Assembly: GCA_024403185.1 (NCBI GenBank)
Contig: JAKSSG010000002.1
Location: 2,724 to 66,723 of the forward strand
Direction of reading: 5' to 3'
Origin: Clostridia bacterium
GTDB lineage: Bacteria > Bacillota > Clostridia > Peptostreptococcales > Anaerovoracaceae
Length of the DNA: 64,000 nt
Position 1 is the stretch's first letter; every line of letters starts with the position of its first letter. The position numbers and the translations under genes are program-made. Positions 19,801-29,361 of this stretch are shown piece by piece. A model generated the notes under the pieces. The model was not told where the DNA came from and did not search any database. It saw only the letters and a program-made list of their open reading frames with translations.

Positions 19801-20273
19801 CTGCAGCTCTTCTGGAAAAGCTCGCCCTCTACAACAACCTCTCCGCTTTCGGATTCAACATTACCGATTTCCATGGCTTCGCCGGAAATGGTCCTGCCCA
19901 TGATCAGGTTGCCTCTGACAGGAACATACTTTCTCCTTCTTCTGCCTCCCTGCCATCCGCCTTTTCCTTTGCCGCCGCCTGCCGGTGCCGGCTCAGCTTC
20001 CGCCTTTTTTTCAGGAAGGGGTATTTCTCTTCCCATGACATCCTGATAGTCAATGGTAAGGTCAATGTCCTTTACATCCTTCAGCTGACGGATCAGTTCG
20101 CTTTTGAATTTCTCCAGGGATTCTGCGGATACAATAAAATTGAGCACCAGCTCCAGAGTAAGCACATTGGTTTTGCTGTTCAGTGAAGCTTTTTTCGTCT
20201 CAACATTAAAATCTTCTTTATTAAAATTTTCTGCTCTCGAAAAGTCTATGGATTCCTCAAGAATCTTTCTCAT
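16827..20273 (-). CDS. polC: DNA polymerase III subunit alpha, PolC type, lacking the exonuclease domain
   Basis: RVELHCHTKMS, ITDHG, GSRGSVGSS, PDIDLNF, KIKYMFPRAHA. Confidence 0.96.
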   Translation of the reverse strand: MRKILEESIDFSRAENFNKEDFNVETKKASLNSKTNVLTLELVLNFIVSAESLEKFKSELIRQLKDVKDIDLTIDYQDVMGREIPLPEKKAEAEPAPAGGGKGKGGWQGGRRRRKYVPVRGNLIMGRTISGEAMEIGNVESESGEVVVEGELFQKSCRTISEDSKLASLFITDKKTSICVKSFVVNQKWDDIEEHLPDGSYVRIHGKAQWDRYDNTVTIMADDIEKIEKKERTDTYPEKRVELHCHTKMSAMDALCDASTVVKTAEKWGHKAVAITDHGVVQAFPDASHAAKEIKILYGCEGYLVDDTGLIAADGTIDYRTRRTNHIVIFARNREGLMNLYRLVSLSHLKYFYKRPRIPKSVLEENREGLILGSACEAGEVYSALKAGAGDEELEKIASFYDYLEIQPVVNNMFMLRDGMVSDEEELRDFNRKIVALGDKLGKPVCATCDAHYFDEEDALYRKILQAGQGYKDAESGEGLYFRTTDEMMEEFAYLGEETARKVVIENTNLIADMIEPMMPVPKGKFPPKIDGAEDYLREVCRERSTAMYGDPLPQEIQERLDKELNSIIDNGYAVMYRSAEMLVQKSLEEGYLVGSRGSVGSSFAATMSGITEVNPLPAHYLCPNCRNVEWDDTKEYDCGVDMPDKLCPKCGTPYRKEGFTIPFETFLGFDGTKEPDIDLNFAGEYQGKAQKYVEEIFGAENVFKAGTIGTVAGKTAFGFVAKYFDEKGIQAPRAEMDRLTSCCEGVKRTSGQHPGGVVIVPRGHEIYEFCPVQHPANDMKSDIITTHFDYHSIDENLLKLDILGHDIPSMIRHLQDMTGVDPLSIPLKDEKVMSIFIGTEGLDIKNPDYKFKHGSFAIHEFGTAFVRQMLDDIHPTTVEELVRISGLSHGTDVWLGNAQDLVVNGVTTMREAIATRDDIMNYLRKHGLPNGDAFTIMEKVRKGKGLTEEQEALMVEHDVPDWYINSCKKIKYMFPRAHAVAYVMMSLREAYYKVYYPAEFYATYFTTKVADFDSATILKGLKAVDDRIEEIKRKDKDASKKEESEMTVLEVAYEMYSRGYEFEPARLGISDALKFGVHDGRVLLPFVAINGMGEGAATAFAKGYEDRPYETVEDIMDRGRVNKTVIEELRAHGVLEGLPETAQISFF

Positions 20274-21321
20274 TTGTCACCAGTTTAATAAGTTCTTCTG
20301 CTATATCTTCTTCTTTTACTTTCTTTACTATTTCGCCCTTTGAAAAGAGCAGGCCCTCGCCTTTCCCGCAGGCAACGCCGTAATCAGCTTCTCTCGCCTC
20401 TCCCGGACCGTTTACCGCACAGCCCATTACGGCAAGTTTTATGCCTTTTCGTGCAAAACCTGCCTCCATGAGTTTACCGGCTCTGCGTTCAACATCCTCC
20501 GCAATCCTTTCCAGGTCAACTTCCGTTCTTCCGCAGGTTGGACATGACACCACCTGTATGCCCTCGTCACGCATTCCCAGAGATGCCAGCAGTGCCTTGG
20601 CAAAATGCACTTCTTCTACAGGATCAGCCGTAAGAGAAACCCTCATTGTATCGCCGATGTCTTCCAGAAGCAGTGCCCCGATTCCTGCAGCCGACTTGAT
20701 TTTTCCCCTTGAAGGCGTACCTGCCTCCGTCACTCCTATGTGGAGCGGATAATCGGATTTGCCATTGACTATTCTGTATGCGTCAAAGTTCATTTTCACA
20801 TCTGATGATTTCAGTGAAATGACTATGTCTTCAAAATCGTATTTTTCGAGAAGCGCCACATTTCTCAGCGCACTCTCGGCCAGACCTTCGGCAGTAACCT
20901 TTCCGTACTTTGCCAGAATGTCCTTTTCAAGTGATCCGCCGTTAACACCTACGCGAATCGGTATGTGACATGCCTTCGCTTTTTCCACTACGGTCTTCAC
21001 GTTTTCCTCGCCGCCTATGTTACCCGGATTTATTCTGATCTTGTCAGCGCCTGCATCCATGGCAGCCAGGGCCATTCTGTAATCAAAGTGAATGTCCGCA
21101 ACAACGGGTATGCGGGCAGCCTTCTTTACCTCTGCAAAACCAAGAACCGCATCTTCATCAGGCACTGTAAGACGGATTATTTCGCAGCCCGCCTCCTCCA
21201 GCTTTCTGACCTGCTCGATGCTTGCCTTTGCATCTGAAGTTTTAGTGTTGCACATTGACTGAATGCTTACGGGAGCACCTCCGCCAATCTGCACATTTCC
21301 TGCTTTTACTGATTTTTTCAT
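20257..21321 (-). CDS. ispG: HMBPP synthase IspG
   Basis: ADIHFDY, RINPGNIG, SCPTCGRT, MGCAVNGPGE. Confidence 0.97.
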   Translation of the reverse strand: MKKSVKAGNVQIGGGAPVSIQSMCNTKTSDAKASIEQVRKLEEAGCEIIRLTVPDEDAVLGFAEVKKAARIPVVADIHFDYRMALAAMDAGADKIRINPGNIGGEENVKTVVEKAKACHIPIRVGVNGGSLEKDILAKYGKVTAEGLAESALRNVALLEKYDFEDIVISLKSSDVKMNFDAYRIVNGKSDYPLHIGVTEAGTPSRGKIKSAAGIGALLLEDIGDTMRVSLTADPVEEVHFAKALLASLGMRDEGIQVVSCPTCGRTEVDLERIAEDVERRAGKLMEAGFARKGIKLAVMGCAVNGPGEAREADYGVACGKGEGLLFSKGEIVKKVKEEDIAEELIKLVTNEKDS

Positions 21322-21323
21322 GT

Positions 21324-22334
21324 CTAGAATATAGGTATTATGAACCTGATAACATCGTTAAAAGTAACATATATCATCAGCGCGAAGAGAAGACAGATTC
21401 CTATGAAATGGATCTTGCCCTCCGTCTCGTCTGAAACTTTCTTGCCCGTAAAAAGTCTGATGACCAGGAACAGCAGTCTTCCTCCGTCAAGCGCCGGGAA
21501 CGGCAGCATGTTTATTATTGCCAGGTTCAGAGAAAGAAGCGCCGCCAGATATATGACATACATGAGACCCGACTTTGCCGCCTGGTTTGTGGCGTAGACA
21601 ATTCCCACAGGTCCGCTCAGTTCCTTGACTGAAACCTCGCCGGTGAATAGCTGCTTGAGAATCGTGTACATCATCACAGTCATGCTTCCCGTATTTTTAA
21701 TGCCGCCCACGACAGCCTTGCCCGGCCTGTGTTCTGATGTTGGCGTTATGCCTATCATCTTTCTTTCGGTTTCCTTGCTGTATTCAAGCTCGGTGGTCAG
21801 TGTGATTTCCTCGCCGTCTCTTTCTACAGTAATATCGGCCTTGTCATTTTCGCTGTATCCTATGGACTGAATCAGGTCGTCCCACTCGTTTATTTTCTTG
21901 CCGTCAACCTGAAGAATCGTGTCTCCCGATACTATTCCCGCCTTCTGAGCAGGCGATCCATCCGAAACCTCATTGATCGTTGTGGTTGAAGTTCCAACCC
22001 AGAATGCGATAACAATAAGCAGAACGACGCAGGTAAGCAGGTTCATGAAAGAACCGGCTGCAAGAACGCAGGCTCTCTGCCACGCAGGCTGGTTGTTGAA
22101 GGCTCTCGGTTCTTCCGAGTCCTCATCCTCGCCCTCCATTGCGCAGTATCCGCCAATCGGAAAGATTCGCAGTGCGTAGAGTGTTTCCCCCTTCTGTTTT
22201 TTGAATATTGCAGGGCCCATTCCCAGGGCAAACTCATTTACCTTGACCCCGCAGGCTTTGGCTACTATGAAATGTCCGAGCTCATGTACAAATATGAGCA
22301 GACAGAATATTAAAATGGCATAAATGACGGTCAT
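21324..22334 (-). CDS. rseP: RIP metalloprotease RseP/RasP
   Basis: HELGH, PDZ domain, NMLPFPALDGG. Confidence 0.95.
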   Translation of the reverse strand: MTVIYAILIFCLLIFVHELGHFIVAKACGVKVNEFALGMGPAIFKKQKGETLYALRIFPIGGYCAMEGEDEDSEEPRAFNNQPAWQRACVLAAGSFMNLLTCVVLLIVIAFWVGTSTTTINEVSDGSPAQKAGIVSGDTILQVDGKKINEWDDLIQSIGYSENDKADITVERDGEEITLTTELEYSKETERKMIGITPTSEHRPGKAVVGGIKNTGSMTVMMYTILKQLFTGEVSVKELSGPVGIVYATNQAAKSGLMYVIYLAALLSLNLAIINMLPFPALDGGRLLFLVIRLFTGKKVSDETEGKIHFIGICLLFALMIYVTFNDVIRFIIPIF

Positions 22335-22340
22335 CTGTAA

Positions 22341-23450
22341 TTACCCCTCCACAAGTTTTCTCACGTAATCTCTGATCTTTCTGTCTTCCTCAAGAACCCC
22401 TTCAAGAGAAAGATTGAAAACAGGCTTATGCTCGTTCATGATTTTTTCGAGCGTGTCCTGTATATCGATAAACCTGATTTTTTCATGCAAAAACAGGTCA
22501 ACAAGCATTTCATTGGCCCCGTTGAGCACAACAGGATAGCTGCCTCCCATTTCACTTGCCTGTCTCGCCAGCGCAATGGTCTTAAACACTTTGTCGTCAG
22601 CCGGATAGAAGCTGAGTCCTTCCTTCAGTGAAAACAGGTCCAGGCTTTCCACGCCGGTGTCACCCGTCAGTTCCAGTCTTTCCGGATATGAGAATGCATA
22701 GCCGATAGGAACTCTCATGTCAGGGTTGCCCATCTGTCCGATTACAGATCCATCCTCATATTCAACAGCCGAGTGAAGAACGCTCTGGGGATGAACCACC
22801 ACCTGAATCTTTTCCAGCGGAACGTCAAAGAGCCACTTTGCCTCTATGATTTCCAGCCCCTTGTTCATCATGGACGCAGAGTCGATTGTTATCTTGCTTC
22901 CCATTGACCAGTTCGGATGCTTCAGGGCCTGAGCCAGTGTAACCTGTTCAAGCTGCTCTCTCGTATATCCTCTAAACGGACCGCCCGATGCAGTCAGAAT
23001 GATTCTCTTTATCGGATTGCCTTCGTTTCCCTGGAGTGCCTGAAAGATGGCGCTGTGCTCACTGTCCACCGGCAGCAGCTTCACGCCCTTGCGCTTTACT
23101 GCCTCCATTACAAGTTCGCCGCCAACAACAAGTGTTTCCTTGTTTGCAAAGGCAATATCCTTGCCGGCTTCGATTGCCGCCAGTGTAGGCTCCAGTCCCC
23201 TCATTCCCATGAGAGAATTGAGGACAATGTCAGCCTCGGGCATTGTTGCGATTTCCTTTATCTGCTTCGCGTCTCCGCCAACACAAAAAGCCTGCGGATG
23301 AAATTCTTCTATCTGTTTCCTTAGCAGGTCTTCCTGTGTGCCGCAGCTTAATGCCACGACTTCGTATTTATCTCTGTTGTGTCTGATTACATCGAGAGCC
23401 TGGGTTCCGATGGAACCGGTGCTCCCGAGTATTGCGATTCTCTTTTTCAT
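22341..23450 (-). CDS. dxr: 1-deoxy-D-xylulose-5-phosphate reductoisomerase
   Basis: LGSTGSIGTQ, ANKE, PVDSEH, TASGGPFR. Confidence 0.98.
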   Translation of the reverse strand: MKKRIAILGSTGSIGTQALDVIRHNRDKYEVVALSCGTQEDLLRKQIEEFHPQAFCVGGDAKQIKEIATMPEADIVLNSLMGMRGLEPTLAAIEAGKDIAFANKETLVVGGELVMEAVKRKGVKLLPVDSEHSAIFQALQGNEGNPIKRIILTASGGPFRGYTREQLEQVTLAQALKHPNWSMGSKITIDSASMMNKGLEIIEAKWLFDVPLEKIQVVVHPQSVLHSAVEYEDGSVIGQMGNPDMRVPIGYAFSYPERLELTGDTGVESLDLFSLKEGLSFYPADDKVFKTIALARQASEMGGSYPVVLNGANEMLVDLFLHEKIRFIDIQDTLEKIMNEHKPVFNLSLEGVLEEDRKIRDYVRKLVEG

Positions 23451-23468
23451 ATCATGTTAGTTCTTTGA

Positions 23469-24317
23469 TTACAGCCAGAAGCAGAACATCTGAAGTATTA
23501 TAACAGCATAGAAATATACTACCGGTCCGGTAAACAGCACGCTGTCAAATCTGTCGAGAATGCCGCCGTGCCCCGGAATCAGATTTCCGTAATCCTTTAT
23601 TCCCATCTTGCGCTTGAATATTGATGCTGTCAGGTCACCGAACATTGAAACGATGCTTGCCAGGAATCCTATTACCAGACAGTGAATCAGGAATTCCTTC
23701 GCAAAGAAGAGTCCGAAAAGTCCGCTGAGAATAACGCTTCCCAGGATTCCTCCAATGGCACCCTCCCATGTCTTCTTAGGGCTGATCTTAGGGCAGAGCT
23801 TATGTTTACCCATTGTCACGCCGGCGAAATATGCACAGATATCCGTACCGAAAGCCGTGATGATAACAAGCCAGACAAGGATGTTCAGTTCCTGCATCAG
23901 GGCCAGTTCTCCTATGGTATAACAGAAGAATCCCACATAGAATATTCCTGTTATTGTAACCATTGCATCTTCAAGCTTTCTCTTCTCAATGCTGAAGAGA
24001 TACAGAAGGCATGCCAGAACCGTTCCGAAAATCCACAGATATATCCACGTTTCGGAGCTGAATACTCTGACAGGAGAAAAACCGTCTGTGGTTCTTATGG
24101 CCAGGTATCTCAGCATTCCCAGAAGATACAGTGCCACTATGGAGCACACGGCTATTGGATAGTTTGGCTTGATATCCAGTTCCCTAAAACCTCTGAAGAA
24201 CTCGTATGCAGCCATCAGACTGATTACGAGACATCCGGCATATAATACCCATCCGTTCAATATTACAATTACGAGAAGCGGGAGCATTATAAGTCCCGAC
24301 AGTACTCTTGTTTTCAT
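23469..24317 (-). CDS. cdsA: phosphatidate cytidylyltransferase
   Basis: ISPKKTWEG, KDYGNLIPGHGGILDRFDS. Confidence 0.96.
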   Translation of the reverse strand: MKTRVLSGLIMLPLLVIVILNGWVLYAGCLVISLMAAYEFFRGFRELDIKPNYPIAVCSIVALYLLGMLRYLAIRTTDGFSPVRVFSSETWIYLWIFGTVLACLLYLFSIEKRKLEDAMVTITGIFYVGFFCYTIGELALMQELNILVWLVIITAFGTDICAYFAGVTMGKHKLCPKISPKKTWEGAIGGILGSVILSGLFGLFFAKEFLIHCLVIGFLASIVSMFGDLTASIFKRKMGIKDYGNLIPGHGGILDRFDSVLFTGPVVYFYAVIILQMFCFWL

Positions 24318-24319
24318 CT

Positions 24320-25048
24320 CTATCTTCCTCCGAAACGCCTGTCTCTCGACTGGTATTCAGCAATGCATTTCTCGTATTCCTCCGGAGTGAAGTCCGGCCA
24401 GAGCTCGTCGCTGAAAACAAACTCGCTGTATGCTCCCTGCCAGAGCAGGAAGTTGGACAGCCTTTCTTCTCCGCTTGTCCTGATAATCAGTTCAGGATCA
24501 GGTGAGTTTGCATGGTCCGCTCCCGTCCAGAGCCCCCGTGCTATGGTTTCCTCATCGATATCCTCTGGATCAAGTTCTCCTGCCTTTGCACGCTGTGCAA
24601 TGGATTTAACGGAGCGGATTATTTCATCACGGGCGCCGTAGTTCAGCGCGATGTTAAACTGGAGACCCGTGTTGTCCGCCGTGTCGTGAATTGTCTTCTC
24701 GAGAGCCTGCTTGGAATCCTCAGGAATCATGCTGTAGTCTCCCAGAATCTTTACGCACACATTGTTGTCAATGAGCTCACGAAGGTCACGGTTAACAAAG
24801 GTGACCAGAAGCTTGAATATTCCGGAAACCTCCTCCATTGATCTTTTCCAGTTTTCTGTAGAAAAAGCGTACACTGTCAGGTACTTGATTCCGAGTTTGT
24901 CAGAGTGGTCAACGATCTTCTTCATCGCTTCCATTCCCGCTCTGTGACCGGCTACCCTTGGTACGCCCTTCTTCTTGGCCCAGCGGCCGTTGCCATCCAT
25001 GATGATGGCAACGTGCTGAGGCATTAATTCTTTAATCAGTTCAGTCAT
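24320..25048 (-). CDS. uppS: undecaprenyl diphosphate synthase
   Basis: IIMDGNGRWA, FSTENW, RTSGEERLSNFLLWQ. Confidence 0.97.
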   Translation of the reverse strand: MTELIKELMPQHVAIIMDGNGRWAKKKGVPRVAGHRAGMEAMKKIVDHSDKLGIKYLTVYAFSTENWKRSMEEVSGIFKLLVTFVNRDLRELIDNNVCVKILGDYSMIPEDSKQALEKTIHDTADNTGLQFNIALNYGARDEIIRSVKSIAQRAKAGELDPEDIDEETIARGLWTGADHANSPDPELIIRTSGEERLSNFLLWQGAYSEFVFSDELWPDFTPEEYEKCIAEYQSRDRRFGGR

Positions 25049-25054
25049 AGTGTA

Positions 25055-25612
25055 TTAAACTTCCATGATTTCCTTTTCTTTTGCTGCAACGATTTCGTCA
25101 ACTTCCTTGATGGACTTGTCTGTCAGCTTCTGAATTTCATCCAGAGTTGATTTAACATCGTCTTCCGTGTAGTCACCGGCTTTTTCCATCTTCTTAACCT
25201 TGTCGTTGGCATCTCTTCTGAGATTTCTTACGGCAACCTTGGTGTCTTCGCCCATCTTCTTGATGGTCTTTGTCAGTTCCTTTCTTCTCTCTTCAGTTAC
25301 CTGAGGAATCTGAAGTCTTACAACCTTGCCGTCATTTACAGGGTTGATTCCAACGTTTGCAATGTTGATTGCCTTCTCGATTTCAGGAATGCTCTTCGGA
25401 TCAAAAGGTGTAATCAGGAGAGTTCTCGGTTCCGGAACGCTGATGTTTGCCAGTGCCTTCAGCGGCGTCGGAGTTCCGTAATACTCAACCATTACCTTGT
25501 CAACCAGAGCTGCATTTGCTCTGCCGGCTCTTACTGTAGCCAGATCTTCCTTCAGAAGAGTTTCGCTCTTCCTTATTTTCTCTTCCAATAATTCCATGCT
25601 GAATTCGCTCAT
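25055..25612 (-). CDS. frr: ribosome recycling factor
   Basis: RAGRAN, TEERRKEL, VRNLRRDA. Confidence 0.97.
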   Translation of the reverse strand: MSEFSMELLEEKIRKSETLLKEDLATVRAGRANAALVDKVMVEYYGTPTPLKALANISVPEPRTLLITPFDPKSIPEIEKAINIANVGINPVNDGKVVRLQIPQVTEERRKELTKTIKKMGEDTKVAVRNLRRDANDKVKKMEKAGDYTEDDVKSTLDEIQKLTDKSIKEVDEIVAAKEKEIMEV

Positions 25613-25626
25613 TTTATTACCTCCGG

Positions 25627-26331
25627 TTATTTAACTATTGTCCCTATGGACTCTCCGTATATTGCCTTCATCATACCATTTTCTTCGGCTAGTCCGAATA
25701 CATGGATTGCTATGTTGTTATCTCTACACAGTGCTGCGGCAGTTGCATCCATTACCTTCAGATCTTTCTCCAGAACCTCTGCGTGAGTCAGTTCTGAATA
25801 CTTTACCGCATTCGGGTCAAGTTTAGGATCTGCGGAATATACTGCATCTATGTTCTTGGCCATGAGAATTACCTCTGCCTCGATTTCCGCAGCTCTCAGT
25901 GCAGCTGTCGTATCCGTTGAGAAGAACGGACTTCCCGTTCCTGCTCCGAAGATTACAACCTTGCCGGCATCAAGGTGTGCCACTGCATTTCTTCTGTTGT
26001 AGCCCTCTGCCACCTGTCGCATCTCGATTGCAGTCTGGATAACGCTTGGAACGCCTGCAGCCTCAAGTCCCTCCTGAAGTGCCAGAGCATTCATTACAGT
26101 TCCCATCATGCCGATGTAATCAGCTGTTGACCTGTTCATTTCCTCGCTGCTTCTGCCTCTCCAGAAGTTTCCTCCGCCAACAACTACAGCAATCTGCACG
26201 CCGGCGTCTGCAACTTCCTTAAGCTGAAGAGCAGTTGTTTTAACCATTTCCCAGTTGATTCCGAAATGCTGGTCTCCGGCCATTGCTTCGCCGCTGACCT
26301 TTATCAGAACACGTTTGTATTTAGGTTTCAT
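25627..26331 (-). CDS. pyrH: UMP kinase
   Basis: [27 protein letters not shown]. Confidence 0.97.
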   Translation of the reverse strand: MKPKYKRVLIKVSGEAMAGDQHFGINWEMVKTTALQLKEVADAGVQIAVVVGGGNFWRGRSSEEMNRSTADYIGMMGTVMNALALQEGLEAAGVPSVIQTAIEMRQVAEGYNRRNAVAHLDAGKVVIFGAGTGSPFFSTDTTAALRAAEIEAEVILMAKNIDAVYSADPKLDPNAVKYSELTHAEVLEKDLKVMDATAAALCRDNNIAIHVFGLAEENGMMKAIYGESIGTIVK

Positions 26332-26379
26332 AGACTACTCCTTCTTCTTTAGTGTCTAAACAACATATTTTCTGAAATA

Positions 26380-27651
26380 TTATACCATATCTCGTTCTAT
26401 CTGTCTTGAGAATTTCTTCATGCTATGCATGAGAATGTTAAGATCTTCTATTCTTCTGGCTACTGTGTATGCGTTTTCTTCCTTGTACATGAAAATCGCA
26501 TTAAGCGTTTCCGCCAGTTCCTCATAAGTTTCCGAAAGCTCGGCCGCATACTCATCCTTTGTCAGGAACTCAGCAGCGTCACTTCTGTCAACAAAGTAGA
26601 AATACTCTATTCCGAAGAGTTCTCTGACCTTGGCCGTAAGAAGAGCCTTTTCTTCATTAAGTCTGGCTCTGAGATATTTCGTGTCTTCCAGTTTGTCCAG
26701 CTTGTCTCTTTCCTCATTCAGGAATTCATTCATTTCACTGAACCTTCTGTTGAACACGTTCGGCGCCATCTTAAGGACTTCCCTGTATGATCTGATCTGC
26801 GTTCCTGTATTCTTGAGTATTTCAAGAAGCTTCAGGCTTACTGACTGCTTCATTATGTCTCCGGCCTTGTTGAGCAGGTCATCCCTGACCATGTCTGTCA
26901 GAGTGTCTATGCCGATCTGCTTCCTGGCGCTTATCGGGATAAGCTTTATTGCTTTTGCATCCTCGTCATCATATCCCATGATATCGCTGATAAGTGCCGT
27001 GCAGTATTCAAGGTATTCGGCCAGATCCTCTTCATCTACGGTGTCAATCTTGTTGACCGTGAAGTAGAACTTGCCGGCAAACTTGCGCACGCTCTTCAGA
27101 AAGTCCACTTCAATCTGGTTTATCGGGCTGTCAACGGAAAGCATGAATATTACGCCATCACTTTCCCTGGCAAAATCATAGGCCGACTTTGAGTTGTTTT
27201 CATGAACCGAGCCTACACCCGGAGTGTCAACCAGAATCAGGCCGTCCTTCAGAAAACCGGAGTCAGTCAGGAGTTCAACTTCCGCCACGCCCCTTTCATT
27301 GTCGTGATTTTCCTGCTCGCTGATGTACTCATGCAAAGACCCGACAGGCACCTCTTCACAGAGGCCGTTGAGGAAATAAACCCTGGCGGTTTCTCCCGAT
27401 TCCCCGTCGGCATATTCGATTCTGGTAACAGCAGATGTGATCGGTACAATTCCCGTAGGCAGAAGCTTTCTGCCCAGAATGCTGTTAACCATGGTCGTCT
27501 TGCCGCGCTTGAACTGGCCGATGACCGCTATTGTAACGTCCTTCTTCTGCAGTTTGTCAGCCAGTAATCTCACCTGGTCCGCCTGCTGCCTGCATAGTTC
27601 ATATTCTTCAAATGTTTTCTGTATTCTCTGTGTTGTCTGTAATATATCCAT
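26380..27651 (-). CDS. dynamin-family GTPase
   Basis: G1 GQFKRGKT, G2 PITS, G3 DTPG, G4 NKID, helical C-terminus. Confidence 0.88.
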   Translation of the reverse strand: MDILQTTQRIQKTFEEYELCRQQADQVRLLADKLQKKDVTIAVIGQFKRGKTTMVNSILGRKLLPTGIVPITSAVTRIEYADGESGETARVYFLNGLCEEVPVGSLHEYISEQENHDNERGVAEVELLTDSGFLKDGLILVDTPGVGSVHENNSKSAYDFARESDGVIFMLSVDSPINQIEVDFLKSVRKFAGKFYFTVNKIDTVDEEDLAEYLEYCTALISDIMGYDDEDAKAIKLIPISARKQIGIDTLTDMVRDDLLNKAGDIMKQSVSLKLLEILKNTGTQIRSYREVLKMAPNVFNRRFSEMNEFLNEERDKLDKLEDTKYLRARLNEEKALLTAKVRELFGIEYFYFVDRSDAAEFLTKDEYAAELSETYEELAETLNAIFMYKEENAYTVARRIEDLNILMHSMKKFSRQIERDMV

Positions 27652-27660
27652 TATTTTTCT

Positions 27661-28233
27661 CTATCTGTAAATGCTTGTTTCACTGACTACATAGTCAGGT
27701 TTCTTATCAAATTCTTCTACCGGTATTTCCGGTACTACCTGCAGGTCATAGCAGGCGGCTATGGTTTTTACCTGAGGATGCTCATCGAGGAATTTGTCAT
27801 AAAATCCTCCGCCGTATCCTATGCGGTCGCGCCATGGTGTAAATACTGCACCCGGCATGATGATTACCGTGCTGTCATTAGGCTCCAGGATTTCTTCCGA
27901 GGTTGATTCCGTAATGTCATATGCACCTGTTACAGTGCTGTCCCCGCCTTCAAAACGGTTGAATACCATATCGCCGGCCTTGTCGGCTTCTCCCTTTTTA
28001 ACTACCTTCGGCACCCATACTCTTTTGCCCTGCTCCTCGGCTATCTCTGCTAGAAGCAGCACATTAACCTCGTTGTTTATTGGCATGTACAGGCATACAT
28101 CCGTAGCCTCCGCATATGCATCAATATCCATGATCTTCCGGCATATTACCTGTGATGCCAGAGATACTGTCTCCTCGTCGAGGGCCCTGCGCTCTGCCAG
28201 TACTGCCTTTCTTATTTCTTTTTTTGTTGCCAT
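27661..28233 (-). CDS. 5-formyltetrahydrofolate cyclo-ligase
   Basis: PGAVF...RIGYGGGFYDKFL. Confidence 0.93.
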   Translation of the reverse strand: MATKKEIRKAVLAERRALDEETVSLASQVICRKIMDIDAYAEATDVCLYMPINNEVNVLLLAEIAEEQGKRVWVPKVVKKGEADKAGDMVFNRFEGGDSTVTGAYDITESTSEEILEPNDSTVIIMPGAVFTPWRDRIGYGGGFYDKFLDEHPQVKTIAACYDLQVVPEIPVEEFDKKPDYVVSETSIYR

Positions 28234-28257
28234 CTTATCTCCCTGCTTTTGCTGTTC

Positions 28258-29352
28258 TTATTTCAGATTCTTTGCCAGATTGCGCACGAAGTCCTGAACG
28301 TTGGTTACTATTCCCTTGGCCGCCAGACTTCCTCTGTCTCCCAGCTTGTTTACTGCGAATTCCGATGTGTCAATGTTATAGAAGTAAACCGGTCTAATTG
28401 TTCCATCTTCAAGAACTCTGTAGCTCGGTGTCATGTTTCCTGTAGCTATGGTGTGGAGAACAGTTGCCATGCCAATTACCGTTGTGGATTTTCTCACATG
28501 GCTCCTGATTGCATCCTGGCCCACATATGTATGCTCGTATACTTCAGGAAGCGGTCCGTCGTCACGTATGGAACCGTTGAGAACAAACGGCACTCTGTTA
28601 TTGACGCAGCTGTATATTATTCCGTTGTCAATTCCTTCACCTTCGATGAATGCAGGAATTGAACCGTAGGTGTTTATCGCATTGATCGTAACCAGATGAT
28701 TGTAGTGTCCGTTAAAATACGGCTGCTGTGTTCTGATGTCCACACCCAGCGCGGTTCCCAGATATGCCGCCTCCAGGTCATGAGTTGCCAGAGCGTTTCC
28801 TGCCAGCAGAGCACTTACGTAACCCTTGTCTATAAGTGTTGAGAAAGCTTCGCGGGCGCCGGCATCAAATGCACAGGCAGGTCCGAGAACCCATGTTATG
28901 TATCCGTGTTCCTTCTCATATTCAAGCAGCTCGTATATGTTTGAATAATCATATGAATATGCTGTTTCCCTGCTTCGTGACTGTCTGAATGCGAAGGAAT
29001 TCTGGAATCCTTCTTCAACTCCAGGGAAATAGAATCCGTTGTCATGGACGAATATTCCTTCTTCGCAGTTTTCTGTTCTGCCCAGGAATACCATGTCTCC
29101 CTCTTTAAGGTTTCTGAATTCCCTCACGATGATTCTGCCGTCCTCAAGAACCGGAACGCAATCCATTCTTGAATCCTCCGGAAGAATCCATTCATCTCCC
29201 ACCTTGAAATATTCCGGGAATATCGACATGGCATGAAAACCCTCTGGGGCTGCCTTGTCACGAGGTGCAGGTGCAAGCTTTGCCTGCGGTGCCTTGACAA
29301 AAATCTCCTGACTGAAATCAGGTGCTGTGTACTGTCCTAATTGAAAAGCCAT
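28258..29352 (-). CDS. LOR/SDH-conserved-region (TIGR00300-like) protein, putative ornithine cyclodeaminase
   Basis: APEGFH, AGNALATHDLE, GSIRDDGPLP, LHTIATGNMTP, KLGDRGS motifs as in the C-terminal part of cyanobacterial ArgZ/AgrE. Confidence 0.78.
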   Translation of the reverse strand: MAFQLGQYTAPDFSQEIFVKAPQAKLAPAPRDKAAPEGFHAMSIFPEYFKVGDEWILPEDSRMDCVPVLEDGRIIVREFRNLKEGDMVFLGRTENCEEGIFVHDNGFYFPGVEEGFQNSFAFRQSRSRETAYSYDYSNIYELLEYEKEHGYITWVLGPACAFDAGAREAFSTLIDKGYVSALLAGNALATHDLEAAYLGTALGVDIRTQQPYFNGHYNHLVTINAINTYGSIPAFIEGEGIDNGIIYSCVNNRVPFVLNGSIRDDGPLPEVYEHTYVGQDAIRSHVRKSTTVIGMATVLHTIATGNMTPSYRVLEDGTIRPVYFYNIDTSEFAVNKLGDRGSLAAKGIVTNVQDFVRNLAKNLK

Positions 29353-29361
29353 TTTTCTTTC

